Made by a program: the position numbers and the translations under genes. Positions 16,036 through 26,290 of a DNA stretch of 46,819 nucleotides are shown here, in pieces. Numbering within the stretch: the first letter of the stretch is position 1; every line of letters starts with the position of its first letter. The DNA lies in IMG/VR virus record IMGVR_UViG_3300049172_000218, positions 1 to 46,819 of that record; one strand, 5' to 3'. The notes under the pieces were generated by a model. That model ran no database searches. It worked only from the letters and a program-made list of their open reading frames with translations, and was not told where the DNA came from. Source of the stretch: a virus. Its lineage: Duplodnaviria; Caudoviricetes.

Positions 16036-17751
16036 TTACAGTCGGCTCATCTGCGCAGGAACGTTGTAGCAATGTTGAAACACTAGATCGGCGAATTCCG
16101 GAGACTTCGCAGCTCGATCGGCGTCGAATTGGTAGTCGTGCTGGATCGTTACCAAGTCGTTCATCACTGTGGTGAGCGAATCAGCTAGTCGCTGGTCACT
16201 GATTGAGGCAACGTCGAAGTCGACTAGCATGACCGGCCGTATCTTAGCCCGTCCGATTGACATGCTTGCAACATGCATGGCAACGTGAAAACGCACGTTG
16301 TTTCTTTGACCGGCAGCAGCAGCCGCACCAGGCCCCTTCAAAAATCCCTCTATACGGCGCATCAGCTTTGCCGCCACAACATAGCTGTCAACCGGATTAT
16401 TCTGATCAAATATCCGCCGATACAGTAAGTCGTCCTTTAGCAGCGATGAAGGCCGAGCGCGAGCATCATCAGGACGCTGCAACACTATTGACATGTAGGC
16501 CTGTGCCAAATACTTCACCTCAACAATAAGATCTCTCGGCCGTCCTTCATTTTTATAATAGTTCCTTCTTCTGTCGTAATACAATCCGTTGTTTAGAAAA
16601 TGATCCTCAATGTCTCGCTGCATCGTATCCGTCGCACGCAGGGATGCATCCGATATTTTAGCTTGAAAATTCGTCGCCTTGATTATCCTGTCTCGACTGT
16701 CTCCGCTCACCGGTTTTAGCGCTCTAACCAAGACCTTTCGATCATCTACTACCTGACTATTCCGCACGAAATAGTTAAAAATCTCCGTTGATGTCTGCAT
16801 CCCGTTCACGATCTGAGGACGCTCTAGCGCTACTCGTCTCCCTTGTTGTCCAACGTCCGTACACAGGATTGTAATTCCATTGTTGAGCCACCAGAAGTCC
16901 TCATCTTGTTGTCCATGTTCTAGCGTATTCTTTATGTCATCGTTTACTTCATTTCTGCCTTGATAGTCTCGGACATTAGATTCAAATAAGCTCTTCCTCA
17001 TATTGCCATTGTCGTCCCTTATCATTTCATATAGATCTCCTATTTTGACCAGAAATATTAGCCCCCCATCATCTGTCGACAGCGGTCCATCAGCGGCGAC
17101 AAGTTGTAAATTATTCGTTGGGTTCTCGCGTGCGATGGCCAGTAATCTCACTGCACCTAAAAAATTGAACGTTGCGGTGCTCCCCGGAAAGCTATTGGCC
17201 ACCGTGCTCCGAAGCTGTTCTGCAAGGGTCCTAATCTCAGTACTGGGTTCATCCCCTCGACCGGCTGCATAGATGTCAATCGATAAGTCTGGAATGGTAT
17301 GTATTACCTGCTGATGGACCGTTCGAAATCTTTCCATAATCGCAATAACATCAGCATTATACAGGTGGGCGAATTCATGTAATTCTACATTGAGGTTGAA
17401 CAAATTAGCTAGCGAAGCTCTCATCCTGTGGATAGGATCTTCCCCAAATCCTGTCGTATACTTTGATTGAATAATAACTAATCTAAGGTTTACTCTTTGA
17501 GTTCGATCACTGTAATCCACACCCTCCTCGGCAAGGTTGCTGTCCACAAACAGATATATTGAGTCGATTCCACCATCATGAGTTCCATCGACAATGCCAT
17601 CTTTTATTTCATCATAGGACATTTCATAGCTTTTTAGAATTTGCTCTGCACTGAACTCTTCAAAGAAATCGCTTATTTCAGTTGCCCCACCACGTCGCGC
17701 GTGTTCGGCTTCTATCAAATTCTGGAAAATGACTCTGTGGTTTTGTTCCAT
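16036..17751 (-). CDS. AIPR family (abortive infection phage resistance, ParB-like) protein
   Basis: DGGIDSIY, FESNVRDYQG, FWWLNNGITI, QIVNGMQTS, ATNFQ; lower GC than flanks; start refined to MEQNH. Confidence 0.9.
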   Translation of the reverse strand: MEQNHRVIFQNLIEAEHARRGGATEISDFFEEFSAEQILKSYEMSYDEIKDGIVDGTHDGGIDSIYLFVDSNLAEEGVDYSDRTQRVNLRLVIIQSKYTTGFGEDPIHRMRASLANLFNLNVELHEFAHLYNADVIAIMERFRTVHQQVIHTIPDLSIDIYAAGRGDEPSTEIRTLAEQLRSTVANSFPGSTATFNFLGAVRLLAIARENPTNNLQLVAADGPLSTDDGGLIFLVKIGDLYEMIRDDNGNMRKSLFESNVRDYQGRNEVNDDIKNTLEHGQQDEDFWWLNNGITILCTDVGQQGRRVALERPQIVNGMQTSTEIFNYFVRNSQVVDDRKVLVRALKPVSGDSRDRIIKATNFQAKISDASLRATDTMQRDIEDHFLNNGLYYDRRRNYYKNEGRPRDLIVEVKYLAQAYMSIVLQRPDDARARPSSLLKDDLLYRRIFDQNNPVDSYVVAAKLMRRIEGFLKGPGAAAAAGQRNNVRFHVAMHVASMSIGRAKIRPVMLVDFDVASISDQRLADSLTTVMNDLVTIQHDYQFDADRAAKSPEFADLVFQHCYNVPAQMSRL

Positions 17752-17961
17752 GCCTTTATTCCCCAATGGTGGTTCTATATTGCGGAGAGACGGATTGCAG
17801 CGACTCAACCGCGTTGCGTAATTTGCTTGGACCCTTTCCGGGCAATATAGCAAATCACGGTCTAACGGCCAACCGTCGTGCTTGCGTCAAGATTTGGAAA
17901 GTTCTGGGTTGACGTTTGAGTTTAATATTTGATACTTTGTATCAAACACCTACGCACCCCT

Positions 17962-18282
17962 ATGGCCAATATCAACAAAGTTTGCGAAAAATGCGGCAAA
18001 CGCTTCGACTTCACCACATCTGAACAAAACTACTATCGCGACAAAGGCTTTGCTGATCCCAAGAAATGCCCTACCTGCATTCGTGCAGCCAAACTCCGCG
18101 CGCGCTCAACCAACCCGACCACTGAATCCATATCCTGTCTTGAATGCAACGAACGACTCGTTCGAGGCGTCATTGTCGATTCGGAATCCAACTGCTACCA
18201 ATGCGGCCGGCACATCGAGAAGTCGGTAAAGCAATACCCTGTACTACACCACTCACTGCGAGGCCAGGATGGCCGCGCCTAA
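17962..18282 (+). CDS. Zinc-ribbon protein (CxxC-x-F-x-EQ-xx-Y-x-KGF-x-PKKCxxC plus second CxxC pair)
   Basis: CEKCGKRFDFTTSEQNYYRDKGFADPKKCPTC; CLEC...CYQC. Confidence 0.75.
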   Translation: MANINKVCEKCGKRFDFTTSEQNYYRDKGFADPKKCPTCIRAAKLRARSTNPTTESISCLECNERLVRGVIVDSESNCYQCGRHIEKSVKQYPVLHHSLRGQDGRA

Positions 18283-18676
18283 TCAGAAGAAGGCCGCTTC
18301 TGCGGTCGCTGTAAAACAAAAGAAAAACAAAGCTCCGCCTCACGCCTGGAAAAAAGGCCAGTCAGGCAATCCTAATGGACGCCCACCGAAGGGCCACTCC
18401 ATAACGGACGCCATGAAGGCTGTGCTCGAAGGGAATCCAAAGACTAAGCAAGATTTCGTCAAGAAGATTTTGGGCTTTGCCATGCAAGGCGACATGACCG
18501 CCGCCAAGATGATCTGGAACTACATGGACGGCATGCCAGTCCAACGAAATGAACTGACTGGAAAGGACGGCGATCCAATTAAATACGACGTAAAGAATCC
18601 CGATGCCCTCACCAACCTCATTGACCAATCAGGAATTGTACGACCTGCTCCGGGAGATCATTCAGAAGAAGGATAA
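18269..18676 (+). CDS. terS: Putative terminase small subunit
   Basis: WKKGQSGNPNGRP N-terminal motif, ELTGKDGDPI C-terminal motif, directly upstream of TerL. Confidence 0.78.
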   Translation: MAAPNQKKAASAVAVKQKKNKAPPHAWKKGQSGNPNGRPPKGHSITDAMKAVLEGNPKTKQDFVKKILGFAMQGDMTAAKMIWNYMDGMPVQRNELTGKDGDPIKYDVKNPDALTNLIDQSGIVRPAPGDHSEEG

Positions 18677-20192
18677 AGACCGCCTCCACCTTTGGATCAA
18701 AGCCACCACCGGCTACCACATCCCCCGAGTTTCCATCTGCGCCCACCACTGCGCCCCTTTCGACTTCATCGCTGATGCCATCTTTGACGAGTTTCGCCAA
18801 TGCATCGCCCATGCCAACCGCTCTGGCGGCAAGACTCAAGGCGTAGCCATCATCGAAGCAGTCAAGACCTTCGCCACCTCCAATCTGGAAGCTGCCAACG
18901 TTGGCGCCATCCAGGCGCAGGCTGACCGCTGCTACGGCTATATAAAGGAAATCAACGAGGCTCGGCCATTCTCCGCCAACGCCAAATCTCTGACAGCCAC
19001 CAAAGGACTCTTTGAAAATGGCTCTTACCTGCAGATCCTCCCGGGCACACCCAAGGCAGTCAACTCGCCGCACCCACAGCTCTTGGTCCTCGATGAGCTG
19101 GAGCTGATGCCCTTCTTCGTAGTGCAGCAAGCCCTCTCCATGGCTCAGTCGAAGGCTGGTATCCCAGCAATCACCATCATCACCTCCACGGTGAAATTCG
19201 CCACCGGTCTGATGATGCGGATGATTGGGGAGTTCAAGGAGCGACACCTGCCGGTCTACTCCTGGTGCTGCTGGGAAGTGATGCAGCCTCTTCCCACCGA
19301 CAACCCAAAGCTGCTGGCCACGATCCGCGAGGTGTTTGGCGATGAACTGCCACCAAACATGGATGAAGCGGATGGCTACTACGATTGGCAGGACCTGATC
19401 AATAAGAAGCAGACACTCGATCCAGAAACGTGGAGCGTCGAATGGGTCTGTAACGAGCCAGAGCGATCAGGTCTGGTCTATCCCCAGTTCTCACTGGATG
19501 CCAATGTCATCAATCCTGATCATCCTAAGAAGCGCTACCGCGCCGACTACACCCCCAACCCGTTTCTTCCTATCTACATCCTGGAAGACTTTGGATTTGG
19601 CAAGAACAACCCCAACGTCAACCTGTTTGCTCAGGTGGTGCAGGATGAGCTCGTCATCTTCGATGAGATTTACAACCGGCAGAAGATCAGTCGCGAGAAT
19701 GTAGCTGACGCGGTAGAAAAGCTGGAGCACGACTATGGCTTGACGGTCGTCCGCACACTCCAAGCCGATGGCACGTTTCTCTACTCCTTCCCCAAGCGGG
19801 AAGTCATCTGGATCTGCGACCCAGCCGGATTGACAGAAATCGAAGAGCGCAAGCAAATGGGCCTGACAGTACTTGAAGCAGTGCTCGATCGATCGTTCTA
19901 CCAGCTTAAGCAAGGCATTCCTGTATTGCGCAAGAAGATTACGGACAGGAGCTTACAAATAGGGGCCAAGTGTGTTAATTTGATTGAGGAATACCTATCG
20001 TATCGAAATAAGAAAGACAAAGACGGGCAGTACACCGACGAGCCCGAGAAGAAGTCAGACCACGGTCCTGACGCAACCCGCTACGGCGTGCTTCGCCTCT
20101 TCTCCGTACTAGCTCAAGCTCAATTTGAATCCACACCTTCCACACCGGAGGATAAACCGCTGACAGCGGGACTCAGAAACAAAACCTTCTAG
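18603..20192 (+). CDS. terL: Terminase large subunit
   Basis: Walker A-like ANRSGGKT, Walker B LLVLDE, nuclease EDFGFG, ICDPAG, DHGPDATRY. Confidence 0.9.
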   Translation: MPSPTSLTNQELYDLLREIIQKKDKDRLHLWIKATTGYHIPRVSICAHHCAPFDFIADAIFDEFRQCIAHANRSGGKTQGVAIIEAVKTFATSNLEAANVGAIQAQADRCYGYIKEINEARPFSANAKSLTATKGLFENGSYLQILPGTPKAVNSPHPQLLVLDELELMPFFVVQQALSMAQSKAGIPAITIITSTVKFATGLMMRMIGEFKERHLPVYSWCCWEVMQPLPTDNPKLLATIREVFGDELPPNMDEADGYYDWQDLINKKQTLDPETWSVEWVCNEPERSGLVYPQFSLDANVINPDHPKKRYRADYTPNPFLPIYILEDFGFGKNNPNVNLFAQVVQDELVIFDEIYNRQKISRENVADAVEKLEHDYGLTVVRTLQADGTFLYSFPKREVIWICDPAGLTEIEERKQMGLTVLEAVLDRSFYQLKQGIPVLRKKITDRSLQIGAKCVNLIEEYLSYRNKKDKDGQYTDEPEKKSDHGPDATRYGVLRLFSVLAQAQFESTPSTPEDKPLTAGLRNKTF

Positions 20193-20195
20193 CCT

Positions 20196-21575
20196 ATGCC
20201 TACCTCTAGCAAATCACTCAAACCAAACGTCGCCATTCGAGAGCTCGGCGTTTCAGGAACGATCGTTTATCAAGGCCAAATCGAATCTCCCGATCCGAAT
20301 CGGGATCTAGTTGGACACCGAGCCATTGAAACCTATGACAAGATGCGGCTGGGCGATGGCACGATCAAAGCTCTGCTCCGGGCCATCATGCTGCCCATCC
20401 TCTCCTCGACGCTCCGCGTCGACCCGGCCTCAGAATCCGCCCAGGACAAGGAAGTCGCTGAGTTTGTTGAGCGTCAGCTGACCGGCATGACGCGCACTTT
20501 TGAAGACACCATCCGAGAAGCGCTGCTGGTTCTGCCCTACGGCCACTACGTCTTTGAAATCGTCTATCGCTTGGATGCTGACGGCCGCATCGGCCTCAAG
20601 AAGCTGGCTCCTCGCCTGCCCTCCACCATTCGTGCCTGGCAAACCGAAGATGGCCAGGACGGCATAACCCAGTACACCCAGAGCGGCCAGCTGGTCTCGA
20701 TTCCGATCGAGAAGCTCGTCATCTTCACCAATGAGAAGGAAGGTGACAACTGGCAAGGCATCTCAATCCTGCGCAATGCATACAAAGCTTGGTACATGAA
20801 GGAGAACCTGGAGAAGATCGACGCCATCTCGCATGAGCGCCACGGTGTTGGAATCCCCTACGTCAAGCCATCTGGCAATCCGCAGGAAAGAGACAAACAA
20901 GAAGCCATCACCACGGCCAAGAACATGCGTGCCAGTGAGGAGGGATTCGCCTACATCCCTTCAGGTTGGGAGTACGGCTTCTTTGATATGCACCTAGCCG
21001 CTGGCCGCTCTCCGCTTGAATCCATCCAGTACCACCGCTTTGAGATTTTGTTGTCAGTGCTCGCTTCCTTCTTAACGCTTGGCTCCACCGACTCAGGATC
21101 CCGCGCGCTCTCCTCCGACCTATCCGAATTCTTTGAGATGTCGCTGAAGTTCCTGGCCAATACGGTCCTCGCCGCCCCACTCAACAAATTCCTGGTTCAG
21201 CGCCTAGTCGATCTCAACTTTTCAGTCACTGACTATCCCAAGATCCGCTTCGACGGCATTGGCAAGGTCGACTTTGCCACCATCACCAAGAGCCTGGTCG
21301 AGATGAACACCATTGGCACGTTTACCCCGCAGCTGGATGTTGAGAACTACCTGCGCCGAGCCATGGGCGTGCCAGAGGCACCAGAGGATGCCTACTATCC
21401 TGAGGCTGACAAACCTCGCACACCAGTCGCCAAGACGCTGCCAGATGACGAGCCAGAGGATCAGGAAGGCTCGAAGGAAATCAAATCGTCGCAGGCTGCC
21501 TTCCTGGATTCCTATATCAAGCAGGAGGCTGAAGCCATCAGACAGGCCTTGGGGAAGCCTCACCATGACGCCTGA
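20196..21575 (+). CDS. Portal protein (Mu gp29/DUF935-like)
   Basis: Follows TerL; YDKMRLGDG, PYGHYVFEIVY, GISILRNAY, ERHGVGIP, GSRALS. Confidence 0.88.
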   Translation: MPTSSKSLKPNVAIRELGVSGTIVYQGQIESPDPNRDLVGHRAIETYDKMRLGDGTIKALLRAIMLPILSSTLRVDPASESAQDKEVAEFVERQLTGMTRTFEDTIREALLVLPYGHYVFEIVYRLDADGRIGLKKLAPRLPSTIRAWQTEDGQDGITQYTQSGQLVSIPIEKLVIFTNEKEGDNWQGISILRNAYKAWYMKENLEKIDAISHERHGVGIPYVKPSGNPQERDKQEAITTAKNMRASEEGFAYIPSGWEYGFFDMHLAAGRSPLESIQYHRFEILLSVLASFLTLGSTDSGSRALSSDLSEFFEMSLKFLANTVLAAPLNKFLVQRLVDLNFSVTDYPKIRFDGIGKVDFATITKSLVEMNTIGTFTPQLDVENYLRRAMGVPEAPEDAYYPEADKPRTPVAKTLPDDEPEDQEGSKEIKSSQAAFLDSYIKQEAEAIRQALGKPHHDA

Positions 21576-22437
21576 ACGACTTTTGAGCCAACGCCATGCA
21601 ACTGCCGGCCGTGTCTTTCAATTAGCCACCGGCGAGGAGGGCAACGACTTCGCGCCGAATTATTACAAATACCCAGAATCCCTAGCCCTGCTGCTCAAAG
21701 CGATCGTCGGCCTGGAGAGGAAAATCAAAGCCTTTCAGCGAGTCCAATGGGACGGCATAGAGCAGCGCTTCAACCTGGCTTTGATTTCTCAGCTCAAGTT
21801 CGACCAGTTCGATGACCTGGGAATATTTGTCGACTTCTACTGGCAGCAGGATGAGGACAATCTGGCAGCACTCTTCGTCCAGGGGCTCTCCGATGCCATC
21901 GAGGCAGGTGGGGTGATGAGTCAGTTGGAGCTGGGCTTCAATATCGACTTCTCGCCCAATGACCTGCCAGCCGTGCGTTACTTGGAGGAGCATGTGCCAA
22001 AGCTGGCCAACTCCATTGCGCTCAATACGCAGAAGCGAATCAAGCACTCCATCCGCAAGTCTCTCCTGGCCGGTGAGGACCGGGATCAGCTGGTCAAGCG
22101 GCTTGAGCCGATAGTCAAGAATACTAAACGGGCAGAATCCATCGCCCAGACCGAGAGCATCCGTGCCTTCTCTGAAGGCCGCATCCAGGCGGGAATAGAA
22201 ATGGGCGCCACAGAAAAGCGATGGCGGGCTCAGATTCGACGTTGTCCGATCTGCGACGGTCTGCATGGTGAGACGGTTGGTATCACCGCCAGTTTCTCGA
22301 CTGGCCACTTTGGGGCTCCGGCCCACGCCAACTGCCGCTGTGGTGTTGAACTATCATTTGGTGAGAACCGGGACACCGAGAATATAGAGCAGTACCGCAA
22401 GGACTACATCAAGGGGCTGCGAAGCCGTAGCTGGTAG
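21565..22437 (+). CDS. Head morphogenesis protein (Mu gpF/SPP1 gp7-like)
   Basis: RAESIAQTESIRA, KRW...CPICDGLHG, PAHANCRC; start refined to ATG 21565. Confidence 0.88.
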   Translation: MTPERLLSQRHATAGRVFQLATGEEGNDFAPNYYKYPESLALLLKAIVGLERKIKAFQRVQWDGIEQRFNLALISQLKFDQFDDLGIFVDFYWQQDEDNLAALFVQGLSDAIEAGGVMSQLELGFNIDFSPNDLPAVRYLEEHVPKLANSIALNTQKRIKHSIRKSLLAGEDRDQLVKRLEPIVKNTKRAESIAQTESIRAFSEGRIQAGIEMGATEKRWRAQIRRCPICDGLHGETVGITASFSTGHFGAPAHANCRCGVELSFGENRDTENIEQYRKDYIKGLRSRSW

Positions 22438-22451
22438 AGGAACAATCACCG

Positions 22452-23183
22452 ATGAGTGATCCTGCTGAGAGCCTACTAAATCGACGGAATCTAATCGCAT
22501 GGACCGGCGGCGCAATCTTTGGGTTTCTAGGTGGTCAACTGTCCTACGTTGGCGAGAAGTTGATAGATGAGAAATTTGAAGATAAGCATCGAATCGACGT
22601 AGCCATAAATCCTGGACCCAGTCCCTATGAATTTGCAAGTCAAATGAGCTGGGCCGTATTGGTCAGGTTGGATGAGGATTCCGGATCAGCCGACACTCCT
22701 TCGACTCCAATTGCCGAGTCTCCAGTAGGTGTGGCGACCCCGGTTCCAGGAGAGAATGAAACCCCGTGGCAAGGCTCCTCGTGGAGCGAGATCAGCTCAA
22801 TTATGATCCAAATAACAAATTCGGGATCATTCACTGAGGAAAATATCGAGGCAGTTGTAGATTTTGATGTGGATTTCAGTTCTTACGACCGTTTCCAGAG
22901 TTCAGATAGCAGCGAGAGGGACTTCGAGGCGAATCCCTTTAGCTTCTCTGTGAGCGCATCGAACGAGTCATTGTCGGACAGTGTCGTGATTGTTCCTGGA
23001 CTGTCGTTTCCCAACTCGGTTCCGCAGGAGTGGCGGATTACAATTCCAAAGCTTGTGGCGGGAAGCTATGTGACTTTCTTCTACTCGTTCATGGGACTAG
23101 TTCTGTCTGCATCAATCAGTGGAGATAGCGATAGTCAGGAGATTGAGGCTTTCTGGCGAGGGTCTTCTGAACCCGCCTTCTAG
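22452..23183 (+). CDS. Moron: exported/membrane-anchored acidic Ser-rich protein with twin-arginine-like N-terminus
   Basis: LLNRRNLIAWTGGAIFGFLGG; TPIAESPVGVATPVP linker; own GAGG RBS; interrupts head operon. Confidence 0.65.
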   Translation: MSDPAESLLNRRNLIAWTGGAIFGFLGGQLSYVGEKLIDEKFEDKHRIDVAINPGPSPYEFASQMSWAVLVRLDEDSGSADTPSTPIAESPVGVATPVPGENETPWQGSSWSEISSIMIQITNSGSFTEENIEAVVDFDVDFSSYDRFQSSDSSERDFEANPFSFSVSASNESLSDSVVIVPGLSFPNSVPQEWRITIPKLVAGSYVTFFYSFMGLVLSASISGDSDSQEIEAFWRGSSEPAF

Positions 23184-23214
23184 TCGCTATGCGTCGCAGT
23201 GCAATGTCATCTTA

Positions 23215-23244
23215 TTGACAACACATAAGCATTCTGTGTACTCT
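23215..23244 (+). promoter_or_regulatory. Internal promoter upstream of protease/scaffold gene (likely leaderless)
   Basis: TTGACA-18 nt-TACTCT; ATG 23252 is 7 nt downstream with no SD. Confidence 0.6.
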
Positions 23245-23251
23245 CAATTCA

Positions 23252-24499
23252 ATGCCACAAGCCAATCAAGTAACAGTCGGGAATATTCCAGTCGTACTCA
23301 GTCAGGGAAATAAGATCCCCGACGAGTTTCCAGTGTTGTTGGTCAACAACTACAACACCTGGGCCGGAAACATCGATATCACCGACGGCATCCTTGATCA
23401 CATGGAGCACAACTTCAATCAGGCAATCCCTCACGACAAATTGCCGATCGATGAAGAACACGTCTCCGGCAAAGCTCCTGGCTGGATCGAGAAAGTCATG
23501 CACAAGGTGGGGAGTGCGGGCAACGGGCTCTACGTCAAGGTCAAATGGACCAAGTACGGCAAGAGCATGCTCGATGACGAACTTTACCGCTACGTCTCCG
23601 CCGACTTCTGGCTCAATTACGTTGATTCAGAGTTTGGCCAAGAGCATGGTCCCACACTCACCGCAGTCGCACTCACCAACCGGCCAATGCTGGAAAGCCT
23701 ACCCGCCTTGTTCTCCAAGGACGGCAAAGCCCCCGACAAGAACATCCAACCAACCATAATTAATTTCTCTCAGAAAGGGGAATCAATGGATCTAGAACAG
23801 ATTCTCTCAAAGGCCCCTGCTGATGTGACTGAGGAAGAGAAGACTTTCCTTCAGGAGCACCAAGCAGAATTGACCGATGAACAACGCACGAATTTCGGCC
23901 TGGAATCAGGCGCAGATGACGCTGGCGACGGCAACGACGCCGGTGATGGCTCTGACGCAGACGGCGCAGGCGCTGATGCAGATGGCGACGGTGCCGACAA
24001 CGGCGCTGGAAGCGACGCACCAACCGATCAGGGCACCCAGCTCAACAAGAGGAAGACCGAAACAGTCGCCATTCCTCGCGCGGAACTAGAAGCCTTGAAG
24101 TTCTCCGCCAACCAGGGCGCAGCTGCCAAGCTGGAATTGGACCAGAATCGTATGGACCGCATGGCAGAAGGCTTTGTCTTCAGTCAGTCCAACCAAGACG
24201 GCATGTTCCTGCCCAAGAGCCAGTCAAAACTATCCAAGTTCCTCTTTAGCCTGAGCGATGCTCAGCGAAAGGACTTCTCGGCTCTGATGGCTGAGGCTCC
24301 TAAAGGCGGCTTGGTCAAGCTGACTCAGGAATCCGGAGACGGCGGTCAGTATGTCACATCCGGCAACAAGCTGACTGATCTAGCTTACGCAAAGATGACC
24401 TCCTCTGCCAAAGACGGGACTAAAATCAACTTCTCCCAGGCGCTGGAAGTCGTTAGTCGGGAAAACCCCGACCTAGTAAAGGCCGAATACGGCTTATAA
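23252..24499 (+). CDS. Prohead protease/scaffold (Mu gpI-like)
   Basis: LPIDEEH, APGWI, VKWT, YRYVSADF, VALTNRPM; D/G/A-rich linker and scaffold-like C-terminus. Confidence 0.88.
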   Translation: MPQANQVTVGNIPVVLSQGNKIPDEFPVLLVNNYNTWAGNIDITDGILDHMEHNFNQAIPHDKLPIDEEHVSGKAPGWIEKVMHKVGSAGNGLYVKVKWTKYGKSMLDDELYRYVSADFWLNYVDSEFGQEHGPTLTAVALTNRPMLESLPALFSKDGKAPDKNIQPTIINFSQKGESMDLEQILSKAPADVTEEEKTFLQEHQAELTDEQRTNFGLESGADDAGDGNDAGDGSDADGAGADADGDGADNGAGSDAPTDQGTQLNKRKTETVAIPRAELEALKFSANQGAAAKLELDQNRMDRMAEGFVFSQSNQDGMFLPKSQSKLSKFLFSLSDAQRKDFSALMAEAPKGGLVKLTQESGDGGQYVTSGNKLTDLAYAKMTSSAKDGTKINFSQALEVVSRENPDLVKAEYGL

Positions 24500-24514
24500 G
24501 GAAGATCGAGAACT

Positions 24515-24895
24515 ATGGCTGTTGCAGCTAATCGACAACTAATTACTCTCAAAGCCGGCGCCGATCTGTCCGCTGCCACGAACCAGTACACCCTGCTCAA
24601 GATGTCTGACGACAATACCGTCGTTCAGGCCACCGCAGGCGCTGACAACATCGTTGGCATCCTTCAGAACTGCCCCGCAAATGGCGCTGCCGCCAGTGTA
24701 TGTATCGGCGGTCGCTCCAAACTGCGCGCAAGCGCCGCCATCGCTGATGGTGCGGCAGTTACCGCCACCACAGGCGGTAAAGGTGTTACCACTACCACCG
24801 CAGGCAACTGCATCGCGGGACGTGCGGTCACAACCGTCGCTAATGCCGACGAAATCGTTGAAGTATTGATTGACATCACTAGGGTTCCTGCCTAA
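24515..24895 (+). CDS. Capsid decoration/cement protein (DUF2190-like)
   Basis: Small Ala/Thr/Gly-rich protein between protease and MCP; VGILQN, AAIADGAAV...GKGV. Confidence 0.75.
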   Translation: MAVAANRQLITLKAGADLSAATNQYTLLKMSDDNTVVQATAGADNIVGILQNCPANGAAASVCIGGRSKLRASAAIADGAAVTATTGGKGVTTTTAGNCIAGRAVTTVANADEIVEVLIDITRVPA

Positions 24896-24913
24896 GGCGG
24901 AAAATTACTTACT

Positions 24914-25837
24914 ATGCCACTAGAACAGCAATATACAAGAGACCAACTCTTAACTAATTTATCGATCGCTCAAAAGAATGCTCCTTCGAAATTCATCGCA
25001 GACCAGGCATTCCCGGTTGCCCCAGTAGAGTCAGATCAAGGCACCTACTACGAATGGGGAACAGAGAACCTCAGCCCTGAATTCGACCTTCGTGCTCCTG
25101 GTACGCCAGCCAACGAAATCGACTACAGCATGACTGAGAAGCCCTTTGGACCGCTAGCTGACCACTCGCTCAAAGTGAAGGTCACTGACCACAACGTCAA
25201 ACACGCGCCAAACCCTCTGAATCCGTTCAAGGCTGCCACTCGCATCCTGACCGAGAAGAACATGCTCTCCAAAGAGGTGGACGCCGCGGCTAAATATGCT
25301 GCAGCTGCCAATGGCGCCACTGTCAGCGATTCCGCTGATCGTTGGGACAGCACTGACACGTCAGACCCAATCGGCATGTTGAAAGACGCGGTTGACGCCT
25401 TCTCTCTCAACGCCATGCAGGAGCCAAACACCCTGATCCTGGGTGCACAGGTTGTTCGACCATTGCTAGACCACCCTGATGTCTTGTCTCGCCTGCCTGA
25501 TAACTCACTTCGCTCTGCTGCCTTGCAGCACATCTCCGAATTGATCGGCGTCGAGCGGATCTTAGTTGGTGCTGCCATTCGCAACACCGCTGTAGAAGGC
25601 GCAGCACTGTCCAAGTCCTACATCTGGGGCAAGAACGTCTTCTTCGCTTATCTCACAGCTTCTCCAGAGCTAGAGTCAGTTTCCGCTGCCTTCACTCTAG
25701 AGCAGGTCGACGGCGACACCATCGAGCGATACCGCGATGAAGACATATCGTCCACTTGGGTGCGCAAGTCTCGCTACTACGAGCACAAGATCACCTTCGA
25801 AAACGGTATCTACAAATTATTGAATGTTGTCAACTAA
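24914..25837 (+). CDS. Major capsid protein
   Basis: DQLLTNLSI...FIADQAFPVAPV, SDPIG, PNTLILG, LLDHPDV, YIWGK; size and position. Confidence 0.85.
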   Translation: MPLEQQYTRDQLLTNLSIAQKNAPSKFIADQAFPVAPVESDQGTYYEWGTENLSPEFDLRAPGTPANEIDYSMTEKPFGPLADHSLKVKVTDHNVKHAPNPLNPFKAATRILTEKNMLSKEVDAAAKYAAAANGATVSDSADRWDSTDTSDPIGMLKDAVDAFSLNAMQEPNTLILGAQVVRPLLDHPDVLSRLPDNSLRSAALQHISELIGVERILVGAAIRNTAVEGAALSKSYIWGKNVFFAYLTASPELESVSAAFTLEQVDGDTIERYRDEDISSTWVRKSRYYEHKITFENGIYKLLNVVN

Positions 25838-25845
25838 GGAACACT

Positions 25846-26241
25846 ATGGCTATACGAGATTTAACCCGCCGTTTACTCCGTGGTCAGCCTAAGGGCCTCA
25901 AAGGACTCGTCACCGTCCCCATGTCTTTCGAGACTGGGGAACTGGGGGCGGTCAAGGTGAACTTTCCCTTTGCGGTCAGAATAACCGGCATTGCCTCAGA
26001 GGTCACTAAGGCGCTCGCTGCAACCAACGCCGGCACTATCACTGGAGCCAACGCCACCGGCGCCTCGGCGAACGGTGTCGTCACCCACGCAGCAAGTGCC
26101 GCCATCGGCACCGCTGGAGACGGCCCAGTCGCCCCTACCACTAACAGCACCGTAAACGCAGGCAGCTTTTATCAGCTGACCTCTGCCAAGGCTGCTGCTG
26201 GTGGCAAGACACTGGTCACCCTGGAGTACGTAACCATTTAG
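25846..26241 (+). CDS. Small virion (head-associated) protein
   Basis: AAGGA RBS before ATG 25846; Ala/Thr/Gly-rich beta-type sequence after MCP. Confidence 0.65.
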   Translation: MAIRDLTRRLLRGQPKGLKGLVTVPMSFETGELGAVKVNFPFAVRITGIASEVTKALAATNAGTITGANATGASANGVVTHAASAAIGTAGDGPVAPTTNSTVNAGSFYQLTSAKAAAGGKTLVTLEYVTI

Positions 26242-26244
26242 AGG

Positions 26245-26280
26245 ATTGAGGGGCTTCGGCCCCTTCCCTCAATTATTTTG
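26245..26280 (+). terminator. Terminator-like hairpin after capsid genes
   Basis: GAGGGGC-TTCG-GCCCCTT; ATTGAG/CTCAAT outer pairing; then TATTTT. Confidence 0.6.
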
Positions 26281-26290
26281 GAGAATTTCT

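Noticed and set aside
23900-24020. GAC/GGC/GCA-rich repeat-like DNA
   Set aside because: Explained by the low-complexity D/G/A linker of the protease/scaffold protein.
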